DNA of 63,804 bases, the filler included. It is 6 parts of 6 records of this genome, joined end to end, with 100 filler letters (N's around TTAATTAATTAA, not from the genome) between each part and the next. Parts side by side here need not be neighbours in the genome. Positions count along the whole stretch, not along the records: positions 14,158 to 21,963 come from DRR723986_5636; positions 22,064 to 31,673 come from DRR723986_5690; 4 more parts are not named here. The stretch is one strand, 5' to 3'. A program made the translations under genes and the position numbers. Of this stretch, positions 19,622 to 29,142 are shown in pieces. The notes beneath the pieces were generated by a model. The model was not told where the DNA came from. It did not search any database and saw nothing but the letters and a program-made list of their open reading frames with translations. How positions within the stretch are numbered: the stretch's first letter is position 1; every line of letters begins with the position of its first letter.

Positions 19622-21088
19622 TCAGAAGGCTTTGCTGACTTCGAATGCGGCGCTCCAGGCGCTGAGTTCATACTTGGCCTTGTAATAGCTCGGGTCTTCG
19701 ATATTGGTTCCCGGCAGATTCGCGACCTGATCCGGGTTTGCGTGCTGGTAGTTGCGCTCGGTGAACGAAGGATCGTCCGTGAACAGCAAGGTACCTACTG
19801 CAACATCCACAGTCCACCCGCTCTGGACATCCTTCCACTGCGCACCCAGGGTCAACCAGTGACGATCACTGGATGGAATCCTGGCGGTCAGGTAATCATC
19901 CACCGGAGACTCATCCCAGGCATAGCCAGCTTTCAGCGCCCATTCCGGGGTTGCCTGCCAGATGCCACCCACATTGAACTGCCAGGTGTTCTTCCACTCT
20001 TCGGTGATGTGGCTGAGGATAGCTCCTTCCTGGGGTGCATTGGTTACCGCACCACCGGATTCACGGCTGACTATGTCAAGCTCCTCGAAGCGACTCCACC
20101 GTGCATAAGTGGCACCAGCCAGCAGCGTAATGTCATCGGTCAGACGATGGCGAGCACCAACCGTAATGGCCTCCGGAATCGCCAGCGGTACCTCTACCTT
20201 TTCGCTCAGCGTTGTCGTCACACCGGGCTGCCCGGGAACCGGCACACCGCTGATTTCCGCGTCGCCTTTGAGTTCGAGCTCTGTGCCTGTCTGGGCACTC
20301 AAACCAAACTGTGTTCTGTCATCGAGTTCGTAGAGAAAACCCACACGGAAGGTAACACCAATATCGTCCCCTTCAATGTCCGCATATGGATCGTCCATCC
20401 CTGCCACGGTCTGGCGGGCGAACTGGTCAGCCTGAGCCATCGGTAGGCCCTGACCCAGGGCCGCTTGCAGAGCTTGCGGATACACTTGCCCGGCGAGGTC
20501 CTGAGAACGAGTCAGACGTCCTTCGGCATAAATAACGTTGAGGCCAATGCCCATTGAAAGGCCTTTGCCGTTGTTCACCGAGAGCGACGGAGTGAAAGCA
20601 ATCGCCGTCAGCTCGGTCTTGTCAGCAAAAAACCGTCCGACGAAATCATCCTCATAGTCTGCCGCCAGACCATAAGGAGCATGAATACCAAAGCCCACGT
20701 CGATGCTGTCGTTAACCTCATGGGTCATGTAAAAGTTTGGAAGGACAGCAGGATCCGCAATATCGCCGCCGAGCTCGCCGTCGGCCATAACCTCAACACC
20801 GGGGACATTGCGACGCGCTTCAGCGCGCTTTGCCTCAGCATCAATATCCAACACCGCCGCACCAAACGAAATATTGGTGCCGGAAAGCTGGCTCATACCG
20901 GCCGGGTTGAACAGAACCGTGGTGGCGTTCTCGGGGTTGGCGGCAGCGCCGGCATTGGCCACGCCCATCTGGCTGGCGCTCTGCTCGTTCAGGGAAAAAC
21001 CGCCGGCCAGAACACTGGCTGGTGCTGCTATGGCTGCCAGCGTCGCCAAACGGATCGCTTTTACGAGTGCGTTGGTATTTTTGTGCAT
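19622..21088 (-). CDS. fadL: FadL/OmpP1-family outer membrane transporter
   Basis: Signal peptide, GF.LNEQSA..MG.A.AG hatch, NPA motif, C-terminal Phe; AAGGAG RBS. Confidence 0.9.
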   Translation of the reverse strand: MHKNTNALVKAIRLATLAAIAAPASVLAGGFSLNEQSASQMGVANAGAAANPENATTVLFNPAGMSQLSGTNISFGAAVLDIDAEAKRAEARRNVPGVEVMADGELGGDIADPAVLPNFYMTHEVNDSIDVGFGIHAPYGLAADYEDDFVGRFFADKTELTAIAFTPSLSVNNGKGLSMGIGLNVIYAEGRLTRSQDLAGQVYPQALQAALGQGLPMAQADQFARQTVAGMDDPYADIEGDDIGVTFRVGFLYELDDRTQFGLSAQTGTELELKGDAEISGVPVPGQPGVTTTLSEKVEVPLAIPEAITVGARHRLTDDITLLAGATYARWSRFEELDIVSRESGGAVTNAPQEGAILSHITEEWKNTWQFNVGGIWQATPEWALKAGYAWDESPVDDYLTARIPSSDRHWLTLGAQWKDVQSGWTVDVAVGTLLFTDDPSFTERNYQHANPDQVANLPGTNIEDPSYYKAKYELSAWSAAFEVSKAF

Positions 21089-21198
21089 GGTGTCTCCTTT
21101 TTTAGAATCGCGCGGAGTATACGCAGCACATGGCAACTTCCTCAAATGCCAAAGCTACTGGTTCGCGCCGCTAACCAATTACAACTTTGGTATTAGAT

Positions 21199-21223
21199 GC
21201 CGCCCCCGGTGAACGGGGGCGGT
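21199..21223 (-). terminator. Hairpin after pilU
   Basis: GCCGCCCCCG-gtgaa-CGGGGGCGGT. Confidence 0.6.
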
Positions 21224-21234
21224 AGACGAGGACG

Positions 21235-21963
21235 TCAGTCGTCCTGAATGGTGAGTTTGTCGACGGAGGAAGACAGCTTGTCTGCACCCTGGGCGTCGGC
21301 ACCCAGCTTGATCATCAGACGCAGATCGTTGGCGGAATCTGCGTGCGCAAGGGCATCTTCGTATGTGATGGAACCCTCGGCATACAACTTGTACAGAGCC
21401 TGATCAAAAGTCTGCATACCAGACTCGTTCGATTTTGCCATCAGCTCTTTGAGTTTGTGCACTTCGCCCTTGCGGATCAGGTCCGCCACCAGCGGGGTGT
21501 TGATCAATACCTCGATAACCGCTTTACGCCCCTTGCCGTCCGGCGTCGGAACCAGTTGCTGGGCGACGATGGCCTTCAGGTTCAGAGACAGATCCATCCA
21601 AATCTGGTTGTGCTGCTCCGGCGGAAAGAACTGGATAATCCGGTCCAGCGCCTGGTTAGCGTTGTTGGCGTGCAGGGTGGCCAGACACAGGTGGCCGGTT
21701 TCGGCGAACTGAACCGAGTATTCCATGGTCTGGCGTGTCCGCACCTCACCAATCAGAATGACATCCGGCGCCTGCCGCAGAGTGTTCTTCAGAGCCACCT
21801 CAAAGCTTTCGGTATCAATACCCACTTCCCGCTGGGTCACGATACAACCCTGGTGTTGATGCACGAATTCGATCGGGTCTTCGATGGAGATGATATGGCC
21901 GCGACTGTTACGGTTGCGATGGCCAAGCATGGCCGCCAGGGAGGTGGACTTACCGGTACCGGT
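21235..21963 (-). CDS. pilU: Type IV pilus retraction ATPase PilU (5' truncated)
   Basis: TGTGKST, IEDPIEF, LRQAPDVILIGEVR, ETGHL..ATLH, GMQTFDQ, PilU-type DSANDLRLMIKL. Confidence 0.9.
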   Translation of the reverse strand, partial: TGTGKSTSLAAMLGHRNRNSRGHIISIEDPIEFVHQHQGCIVTQREVGIDTESFEVALKNTLRQAPDVILIGEVRTRQTMEYSVQFAETGHLCLATLHANNANQALDRIIQFFPPEQHNQIWMDLSLNLKAIVAQQLVPTPDGKGRKAVIEVLINTPLVADLIRKGEVHKLKELMAKSNESGMQTFDQALYKLYAEGSITYEDALAHADSANDLRLMIKLGADAQGADKLSSSVDKLTIQDD

Positions 21964-22063
21964 NNNNNNNNNNNNNNNNNNNNNNNNNNNNNNNNNNNNN
22001 NNNNNNNTTAATTAATTAANNNNNNNNNNNNNNNNNNNNNNNNNNNNNNNNNNNNNNNNNNNN
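21964..22063. other. Artificial contig linker 2
   Basis: Same N44-TTAATTAATTAA-N44 spacer. Confidence 0.98.
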
Positions 22064-22369
22064 CAGCACGATGGAAAGCGCAATATTACCCCGGGCCAGA
22101 AGTACAAACAGGTTGGACGTGGTACCTCCGGGGCAGGCCGCGATGATCACAAGACCAACGGCAATGGCCGGCGCCACACCGAACAGATAAGCCAGCCCGA
22201 ACGCCACCATCGGCATCAGGAGAATCTGGGCGAAGGTGCCCACAACCATGCCCTTCGGATACACCGCCACCTGGCGAAAATCCCTCAGGGTAAGCGTCAT
22301 ACCGATACCGATCATGATAATGAACAATGCGATCGGCAAACCTGCCGAGATCAGCGGGCTGGATTCCAC
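22064..22369 (-). CDS. Bile acid:Na+ symporter (BASS) family transporter, N-terminal part
   Basis: IMIGIGMTL, Q..LMP, ACPGGTTSN, GN.ALS. Confidence 0.9.
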
Positions 22370-22584
22370 AAAGCCTCCGAATATTCTTGTTGTTAGTTCC
22401 TATGGCCTTAGAAATTAGCACACGAACCTTCTGACCGGGAGCCCGGCTTCGCGACATTATGTAACCGTGAAACCCTGCAAAAAGATGGGAGCCCAATCCC
22501 GGTTTTGATCGTGTGAACCTACCGATATCAGTATACTTGCAGGAAACAACCAAAACACAAATGACTGGCGGAGAATGACAAGGA

Positions 22585-24009
22585 ATGAAACGTCTCGGAA
22601 CCCTGGACGCCTCCTGGCTGGCGGTTGAATCTGAAGACACCCCGATGCATGTGGGTACGCTTCAGATTTTCTCACTGCCGGAAGGCGCACCAGAAACCTT
22701 CCTGCGTGACATGGTCACTCGAATGAAAGAAGCCGGCGATGTGGCACCACCCTGGGGATACAAACTGGCATGGTCTGGTTTCCTCGGGCGTGTGATCGCC
22801 CCGGCCTGGAAAGTCGATAAGGATATCGATCTGGATTATCACGTCCGGCACTCAGCCCTGCCCCGCCCCGGCGGGGAACGCGAACTGGGTATTCTGGTAT
22901 CCCGACTGCACTCTAACCCCCTGGATTTTTCCCGCCCTCTTTGGGAATGCCACGTTATTGAAGGCCTGGAGAACAACCGTTTCGCCCTTTACACCAAAAT
23001 GCACCACTCGATGATTGACGGCATCAGTGGCGTGCGGCTAATGCAAAGGGTGCTCACCACCGATCCCGAACGCTGCAATATGCCACCGCCCTGGACGGTA
23101 CGCCCACACCAACGCCGTGGCGCAAAAACCGACAAAGAGGCCAGCGTGCCCGCTGCGGTTTCCCAGGCCATGGACGCCCTGAAACTCCAGGCAGACATGG
23201 CCCCCAGGCTATGGCAGGCCGGCAATCGCCTGGTGCATTCGGTTCGACACCCGGAAGACGGACTGACCGCGCCCTTCACAGGCCCGGTTTCGGTGCTCAA
23301 TCACCGGGTTACCGCGCAGCGACGTTTCGCCACCCAGCATTATCAACTGGACCGACTGAAAAACCTGGCCCATGCTTCCGGCGGCTCCTTGAACGACATC
23401 GTGCTTTACCTGTGTGGCACAGCATTGCGTCGCTTTCTGGCCGAGCAGAACAATCTGCCCGACAACCCGCTGACGGCTGGTATACCGGTGAATATCCGGC
23501 CGGCAGACGACGAGGGTACGGGCACCCAGATCAGTTTCATGATTGCCTCGCTGGCCACCGACGAAGCTGACCCGTTGAACCGCCTGCAACAGATCAAAAC
23601 CTCGACCCGACGGGCCAAGGAGCACCTGCAGAAACTTCCCAAAAGTGCCCTGACCCAGTACACCATGCTGCTGATGTCACCCTACATTCTGCAGTTGATG
23701 TCGGGTCTCGGGGGGCGGATGCGACCAGTCTTCAACGTGACTATCTCCAACGTGCCCGGCCCGGAAGACACGCTGTATTATGAAGGTGCCCGGCTTGAGG
23801 CCATGTATCCGGTATCGCTGATTGCTCACGGCGGCGCACTGAACATCACCTGCCTGAGCTATGCCGGATCGCTGAATTTCGGTTTTACCGGCTGCCGGGA
23901 TACGCTGCCGAGCATGCAGAAACTGGCGGTTTATACCGGTGAGGCTCTGGATGAGCTGGAATCGCTGATACTGCCGCCGAAGAAGAAGCGCGCCCGAACC
24001 CGCAAGTAA
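22585..24009 (+). CDS. Wax ester synthase/diacylglycerol acyltransferase, Marinobacter WS2 type
   Basis: Catalytic HHSMIDG, PMHVG, SNVPGP; N-terminus resembles Marinobacter WS2 as I recall it. Confidence 0.95.
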   Translation: MKRLGTLDASWLAVESEDTPMHVGTLQIFSLPEGAPETFLRDMVTRMKEAGDVAPPWGYKLAWSGFLGRVIAPAWKVDKDIDLDYHVRHSALPRPGGERELGILVSRLHSNPLDFSRPLWECHVIEGLENNRFALYTKMHHSMIDGISGVRLMQRVLTTDPERCNMPPPWTVRPHQRRGAKTDKEASVPAAVSQAMDALKLQADMAPRLWQAGNRLVHSVRHPEDGLTAPFTGPVSVLNHRVTAQRRFATQHYQLDRLKNLAHASGGSLNDIVLYLCGTALRRFLAEQNNLPDNPLTAGIPVNIRPADDEGTGTQISFMIASLATDEADPLNRLQQIKTSTRRAKEHLQKLPKSALTQYTMLLMSPYILQLMSGLGGRMRPVFNVTISNVPGPEDTLYYEGARLEAMYPVSLIAHGGALNITCLSYAGSLNFGFTGCRDTLPSMQKLAVYTGEALDELESLILPPKKKRARTRK

Positions 24010-24021
24010 CCCAGGACGGGG

Positions 24022-24645
24022 TCAGTCGCTTTGCCAGTGACCAGCCCCGACAAAAATCATCTGCAGGAATCGGGTGGTGCGTTTTCGCACCTGGCCGATC
24101 TGATAATCGTCGTCTTCGGAAATGCTGAGCAGATCGGTCAGACTGAAGGCGACAGTGCGCACCACCAGATCACAGGTCAACTCCAGATCGGCATCGCTCA
24201 GGTGCTCCATGAGCCGGAGCCGGCGTAAGTCATTGGCCAGTTCGCTGGCAAAAAACCGCATCTCGCTGCGAATCCCTTCCTGAACGGCCCGGCTCTCGCC
24301 TGCCAGCCCCTGAGCCATAAACAGAAAAAAACTGCGGTTGGCCTGGGCATGGGCCACAAAGATACCCACCGATTCCTCAATCAGCTTGTCGGCCTGCAAC
24401 ACGTTGGCCCGGGCCTCCCTCATCATCCGCCTGAGGACCAGCCCGAGCTCGTCCACCAGCTGCAAACCCAGGTCGTCCATGCTGCGAAAGTGACGGTAGA
24501 ACGACGTTGGCACCACGCCGGCCTGCCGGGTCACTTCCCGAATACCCAGGCTGGCAAAGTGTCGCCCCTTGCCCACCAGAGTCAGCGCTGCGTTCATCAG
24601 CTTCTCTCGGGTTTCGCCGGGCCTGCGTTTCGGTCTGTCTGCCAT
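24022..24645 (-). CDS. fabR: TetR-family fatty-acid regulator (FabR/DesT-like)
   Basis: HTH LGIREVTRQAGVVPTSFYRHF; divergent from the desaturase operon. Confidence 0.8.
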   Translation of the reverse strand: MADRPKRRPGETREKLMNAALTLVGKGRHFASLGIREVTRQAGVVPTSFYRHFRSMDDLGLQLVDELGLVLRRMMREARANVLQADKLIEESVGIFVAHAQANRSFFLFMAQGLAGESRAVQEGIRSEMRFFASELANDLRRLRLMEHLSDADLELTCDLVVRTVAFSLTDLLSISEDDDYQIGQVRKRTTRFLQMIFVGAGHWQSD

Positions 24646-24667
24646 GGTCTTCCTATCACGATAGTTG

Positions 24668-24801
24668 CGGTAACAAGTGTACACATCTGACGGCAGAAAA
24701 GTCCGCAAAACTTGTCATTTCGAGCCAACGAAGCGCCCCCCTGATTGTTACGGCAACCCTCACTGTGTACAGTCGTACACATAAGTGAACAAGTGTACAC
24801 A
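24668..24801. promoter_or_regulatory. Three FabR/DesT-type operator boxes
   Basis: CGGTAAC-aagt-GTACACA (24668-24685), TGTGTAC-agtc-GTACACA (24764-24781), AGTGAAC-aagt-GTACACA (24784-24801). Confidence 0.75.
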
Positions 24802-24840
24802 TCGTTACCAACGATCAGGTACAAACCTTGGAGAAAACCT

Positions 24841-25947
24841 ATGTTGGCAAAAATGAACCAGACCCGCGCCATGCACTGGCTTGCCCGACAGCTACTGAAT
24901 CGAAGCAACCCTGCCAGTTATTTTGATCCACTGGCGGAGGCCATCAATCCCATGTGGATACAAGCGTACACACCTGCACGGGTAGAGCGCATTCTGGTCG
25001 AGACTCACGACACCAAGACTTTTGTGCTCCGGCCTGCCAGCCGATGGAGAGGCTTTCATGCCGGCCAGCACGTGAACATCTGTGTAGATATTGATGGTGT
25101 GCGACGCCAACGCACCTTCAGTCTGTCCAGCGCCCCCCTGCTCTGGCAGAACGACGGCGTGGTCACACTGACCATCAAACGCCTGCCAGGAGGGCTGGTG
25201 ACCAACTGGCTGCATGATCAGTTGGAAGAAGGCGCGGTACTGGGCCTGACCGAAGCCTTTGGCGACTTTCTGATGCCAGCCATGCCCAAACCGGTGCTGT
25301 TTATTGCCGGGGGCAGCGGCATTACGCCGATTCTAAGCCTGCTGGAGACCATGGCGGCAGAGCACTTCCGGGCACCGGTCACGCTGCTCTACTTTGTTCG
25401 CACTCAGGAGGACGTGATCGCCAGTGAAAAACTGGAAGCACTGGCGGCAAGATACTCGGCACTCTCGGTCCGTATTATATGCACCCACGAAACCGACGAG
25501 CCGCGCTACCTCAACGACGCCGACCTGGATTCCGTGCCCGGTCTGAAGGCCCGCGAGGTCTATCTGTGCGGACCGGGCGGGCTGATGGATCTCGCCAATG
25601 ACCTGCTTTACCAGCGCGGTCTCGGCGAAGAACAGATTCACTGTACGTTTTTCGCACCTCCGGTTTCCTCCCCTCTCGGTGATGAAACACTCGGCGGCGA
25701 GGTGAGTTTTGCCCGCGCGGACCTCAATGTGGACTCTTCCGGCGATGCCACACTGCTGGAGATCGCAGAAGCCGCGGGCCTCAAACCTCAATACGGCTGC
25801 CGCATGGGCATCTGCCATCAATGCAGTTGCCGAAAAACCAGCGGCACCGTGATTAACCGGCTAACGGGTAAAGCTTCCGGTCCCGGAGAGGAAAGCGTTC
25901 AACTCTGCATTTCCGTACCCCGTGGCCCGGTGACTCTGGAAGCCTGA
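24841..25947 (+). CDS. FAD/NAD(P)H ferredoxin reductase with C-terminal 2Fe-2S domain (desaturase partner)
   Basis: RTFSLSS, AGGSGITP, YLCGP, GCRMGICHQC...C. Confidence 0.9.
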   Translation: MLAKMNQTRAMHWLARQLLNRSNPASYFDPLAEAINPMWIQAYTPARVERILVETHDTKTFVLRPASRWRGFHAGQHVNICVDIDGVRRQRTFSLSSAPLLWQNDGVVTLTIKRLPGGLVTNWLHDQLEEGAVLGLTEAFGDFLMPAMPKPVLFIAGGSGITPILSLLETMAAEHFRAPVTLLYFVRTQEDVIASEKLEALAARYSALSVRIICTHETDEPRYLNDADLDSVPGLKAREVYLCGPGGLMDLANDLLYQRGLGEEQIHCTFFAPPVSSPLGDETLGGEVSFARADLNVDSSGDATLLEIAEAAGLKPQYGCRMGICHQCSCRKTSGTVINRLTGKASGPGEESVQLCISVPRGPVTLEA

Positions 25948-25992
25948 CACACAGAATTCGAGCGCGGCCTCATACAGCCGCAAGGAGACCTT

Positions 25993-27066
25993 ATGATCAA
26001 ACTTGACGAACAACAGCTCAACGAACTTCAGAAAGATCTGGATACCGTACGCGATGAAGTATTGGCCGATCTTGGCGAGCGGGATGCCCGCTACATTCGC
26101 AAGATCGTTCGCCTGCACCGCGCCCTTGAAGTAGGCGGCCGGGTGATGATGCCCTTCGGCTTTATTCCGCCGGTGTTTGTGGCGGCAACGGCCACCCTCG
26201 GCGTGGCCAAGATTCTGGAGAATATGGAAATTGGCCACAACGTGATGCATGGCCAGTACGACTGGATGAACGATTCCACCCTCAACTCACAGACCTACGA
26301 GTGGGATACGGTGTGCACCAGTGAGTCCTGGCGCCGTACTCACAATTACGAGCACCACACCTACACCAACATCATCGGCAAAGACCGGGACTACGGTTAT
26401 GCGGTGCTACGCCTGAGCGACGAAGAGCCCTGGAAACCCTGGCACACGTTGCAGTTCATCAACTACATCTTGCTGAGCGTGTTCTTTCAGTGGGGTGTAG
26501 GTTTACATGAACTGGAAACCGAGAAGCTACGTCGCCGGGAGATTTCCTGGCGCGAGAAAGTGCCGTTCCTGAAAGACTTTTTCCGTAAAGGCGGCCGCCA
26601 GGCATTCAAGGATTATGTCTTCTTTCCATTGCTGACTCTACCAGTGGCCCCTATCGTGCTGGCCGGCAACGTCGGGGCTAACCTGATCCGGAACCTCTGG
26701 GCCTCAACGGTGATTTTCTGCGGTCACTTCACTCAGGATGCAGAAACCTTTACAGAACGGGAATGCGAAGGTGAGAGCAAGGGCCATTGGTATCTGCGCC
26801 AGCTTACCGGCTCTTCCAACTTCACAGGTGGCCGCTGGCTGCACATTCTGAGTGGACACCTGAGCTACCAGATCGAGCATCACGTGTTTCCAGATCTGCC
26901 AGCACACCGGTATCCTGAGGTTTCCGAGCGGGTGCAGGAAATCTGTCGCAAACACGGCATTCACTACAACACGGGCTCATTTATGAGCCAGTATAAAACT
27001 GTGCTGCAGAGAGTCCTGCGATATTCACTGCCGGAACGGAGGTCCGCGAACCCCGTAAACGTATAA
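25993..27066 (+). CDS. Membrane acyl-CoA desaturase (DesB/DesA3 type)
   Basis: His boxes HNVMH, HNYEHH, QIEHH. Confidence 0.92.
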   Translation: MIKLDEQQLNELQKDLDTVRDEVLADLGERDARYIRKIVRLHRALEVGGRVMMPFGFIPPVFVAATATLGVAKILENMEIGHNVMHGQYDWMNDSTLNSQTYEWDTVCTSESWRRTHNYEHHTYTNIIGKDRDYGYAVLRLSDEEPWKPWHTLQFINYILLSVFFQWGVGLHELETEKLRRREISWREKVPFLKDFFRKGGRQAFKDYVFFPLLTLPVAPIVLAGNVGANLIRNLWASTVIFCGHFTQDAETFTERECEGESKGHWYLRQLTGSSNFTGGRWLHILSGHLSYQIEHHVFPDLPAHRYPEVSERVQEICRKHGIHYNTGSFMSQYKTVLQRVLRYSLPERRSANPVNV

Positions 27067-27096
27067 CTCTGGATACTCGTTTGAAGCCTGGGAGGT

Positions 27097-27127
27097 CTGA
27101 CGCACTGCAAATACAGCAGTGCGTCAG
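27097..27127. terminator. Hairpin between convergent desaturase and nsrR
   Basis: CTGACGCACTGC-aaataca-GCAGTGCGTCAG. Confidence 0.65.
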
Positions 27128-27135
27128 TTCAGCAA

Positions 27136-27573
27136 TCAAGCAATCTGGAGCAGTCGCAACAGCTGTGGTCGGTGATGGTCCTGAATCACGTCGGCGAGCG
27201 TGTATCGATCAAGCACCTCAAGGAAGGCTTTCAGGGCTTCACCAAACATGGATTTAAGTCCGCATACCGGAGTGATCTTGCAGGCATTTTTGGAGGAAAA
27301 ACATTCCACGATGCTGAGGTCCTGCTCGGTTTCGCGCACCAGGATTCCGATATTGATATCCTGCGGCGCCATATGCAGCCTCATCCCGCCCTTCTTGCCA
27401 CGGATAGTCTCGATGTAGCCTTTCTTGTTCAGTTGGTGAACCACTTTCATCAGATGATTCTTGGAGATGTCGTAGCTGTCGGCAATTTCCTGAATGGTCG
27501 CCAGACGATCACCCTCTGCAGCCAGATAGATCAGCACTCTGAGTGAGTAATCGGTATAACGGGTGATGTGCAT
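27136..27573 (-). CDS. nsrR: NO-sensing Rrf2 repressor
   Basis: TDYSLRVL, SKNHLMKVV, RGKKGG, three Cys in ECFSSKNACKITPVC; next to ytfE and nor. Confidence 0.9.
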   Translation of the reverse strand: MHITRYTDYSLRVLIYLAAEGDRLATIQEIADSYDISKNHLMKVVHQLNKKGYIETIRGKKGGMRLHMAPQDINIGILVRETEQDLSIVECFSSKNACKITPVCGLKSMFGEALKAFLEVLDRYTLADVIQDHHRPQLLRLLQIA

Positions 27574-27600
27574 TCATGACTCCAAAATGACAGAAAAACA

Positions 27601-27993
27601 TCAGTAGGATGGCCGGCTCAGCATATAGCCAGCAACACCCAGTAAAAACAGCCCCGAGACAGCCAGTACCAGAACCGGCGATCCAAGCCAGACCAGCATG
27701 CTCCAACTCAGCCCCATCATGGCAAAGGCCAGCAACTTGGCTTTGCGTGGAATGGCACGCCGGGCGCGCCATTCTTCAATCGCTGGGCCGAATGTCGGGT
27801 GCTCTTCCAACCACCGGGCAAAGGCCGGGGAGCTCTTGCTGGCGAAAAAGGCCGCGAGAATAACAAAAGGGGTTGTTGGCAAAAGTGGCAAAACCACGCC
27901 CGCTGCTGCCAGCCCCACACTCATATACGCAAGAATCCGGAAACCGGTTTTACCTGGCTGTGCGCCCATGGCGTGGGCCTCTTGACCGTTCAT
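27601..27993 (-). CDS. ybaN: YbaN/DUF454 inner membrane protein
   Basis: LPLLPTTPF, SSP, HPTFGP, IPRKAK. Confidence 0.88.
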   Translation of the reverse strand: MNGQEAHAMGAQPGKTGFRILAYMSVGLAAAGVVLPLLPTTPFVILAAFFASKSSPAFARWLEEHPTFGPAIEEWRARRAIPRKAKLLAFAMMGLSWSMLVWLGSPVLVLAVSGLFLLGVAGYMLSRPSY

Positions 27994-28016
27994 AACTGCA
28001 TCTATTCTACCGTGAT

Positions 28017-28241
28017 TCAGTGCACAGGTCTTCCCAGTTTACTGAGGAATGCAAGCCTGGCGACGTAAGCAATCTTTACCCCTACCGCAAAGAACAAGGT
28101 TCCCATATGGGCCGCAATCTGCGCAGGTAACGCCAGGGCTTCCGCCAATGGGTAGGCCAGTACCACCGTGATTAACAACCCCATAAACGACACCAACACC
28201 CCGGCGTTGGATATGACCAGCCATTTCTCAAAATGTTCCAT
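28017..28241 (-). CDS. 74-aa two-TM hypothetical membrane protein
   Basis: Two hydrophobic helices, GGGG RBS-like sequence, 23-bp gap to ybaN. Confidence 0.65.
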   Translation of the reverse strand: MEHFEKWLVISNAGVLVSFMGLLITVVLAYPLAEALALPAQIAAHMGTLFFAVGVKIAYVARLAFLSKLGRPVH

Positions 28242-28253
28242 AGCAACCCCATT

Positions 28254-28276
28254 AACATAGATACTTTATACATTTT
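28254..28276 (-). promoter_or_regulatory. Probable degenerate NsrR box for the leftward operon
   Basis: Minus strand AAAATGTAT-N5-ATCTATGTT versus consensus AAGATGYAT-N5-ATRCATCTT. Confidence 0.55.
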
Positions 28277-28379
28277 TGATACTAGAGGCCGAGCGATCGA
28301 AAATCAACCAGCAACCACTGACTTTCTAAAAGCTTTGCCATCAAAGATTCCGGGAGACTACGCACTCCAGATTTTTTAA

Positions 28380-28439
28380 TTGACATACCAGATGAATCAA
28401 TAAAGAATCACTCATTAAGATTTATCTTAAATAAATCTT
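28380..28439 (+). promoter_or_regulatory. Sigma70-like promoter and NsrR operator for ytfE-nor
   Basis: TTGACA-N17-AAGAAT (28380-28408), then perfect inverted repeat AAGATTTAT-cttaa-ATAAATCTT (28417-28439) just before the AAGGAG RBS. Confidence 0.8.
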
Positions 28440-28458
28440 TTAGGAAGGAGATGAGACC

Positions 28459-29142
28459 ATGAATCTGACAGAACAGCCAATCGGCCAGCTGGCGCGGGAT
28501 ATTCCGGGCGCCTCTGCGGTACTGCATTGCCATAAGCTGGACTTCTGCTGCGGAGGTAACACCTCTCTGGCAGACGCCGCTATCGCAAAGGGGCTGGACC
28601 CCGACGCTCTTGCCAGCCAACTGGATTCACTGAGAATCAGAATGGAAAAGAACATACCCGCTGAGAAAATCGGCAACGAGGATCTGATTGAACATATCCT
28701 CACCCGCTATCACGATGTTCACCGCGATCAACTGCCTGAGTTGATTCGTCTGGCGCAGAGAGTTGAGCGGGTTCACAGCCAGCATCCACGTTGCCCCAGC
28801 GGCCTGAGTGCCCACCTGGAGAACATGCAGGCCGAACTTGAAGCACACATGCAAAAGGAAGAACAGATCCTGTTTCCGATGATAGCGCGCGGAATCACCG
28901 GCATGGCCGCAGGGCCGGTATCGGTCATGCGCAGCGAGCATGACGATCACGGCAACGCGCTCGCCAGAATTCACGACCTCACCTTCAAACTGACCCTGCC
29001 CGAGGGCGCCTGCAATACATGGCGAGCCCTGTACTCCGGCCTGACCGAGCTGGAGAACGACCTGAAGCAACACATTCACCTGGAGAACAACGTGTTGTTC
29101 CATCGCGTGGACGGCCAACTGGGAGGTGCCCGCCATGGCTGA
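28459..29142 (+). CDS. ytfE: Repair-of-iron-centres di-iron protein
   Basis: DFCCGG; hemerythrin ligands HMQKEE, EHDDH, HIHLEN. Confidence 0.95.
   Translation: MNLTEQPIGQLARDIPGASAVLHCHKLDFCCGGNTSLADAAIAKGLDPDALASQLDSLRIRMEKNIPAEKIGNEDLIEHILTRYHDVHRDQLPELIRLAQRVERVHSQHPRCPSGLSAHLENMQAELEAHMQKEEQILFPMIARGITGMAAGPVSVMRSEHDDHGNALARIHDLTFKLTLPEGACNTWRALYSGLTELENDLKQHIHLENNVLFHRVDGQLGGARHG

Noticed and set aside
19622-27066. fadL plus wax synthase and desaturase as a contiguous lipid uptake/storage island
   Set aside because: Separated by linker 2. Both contigs look Marinobacter-like, but adjacency or even a shared genome is unproven.
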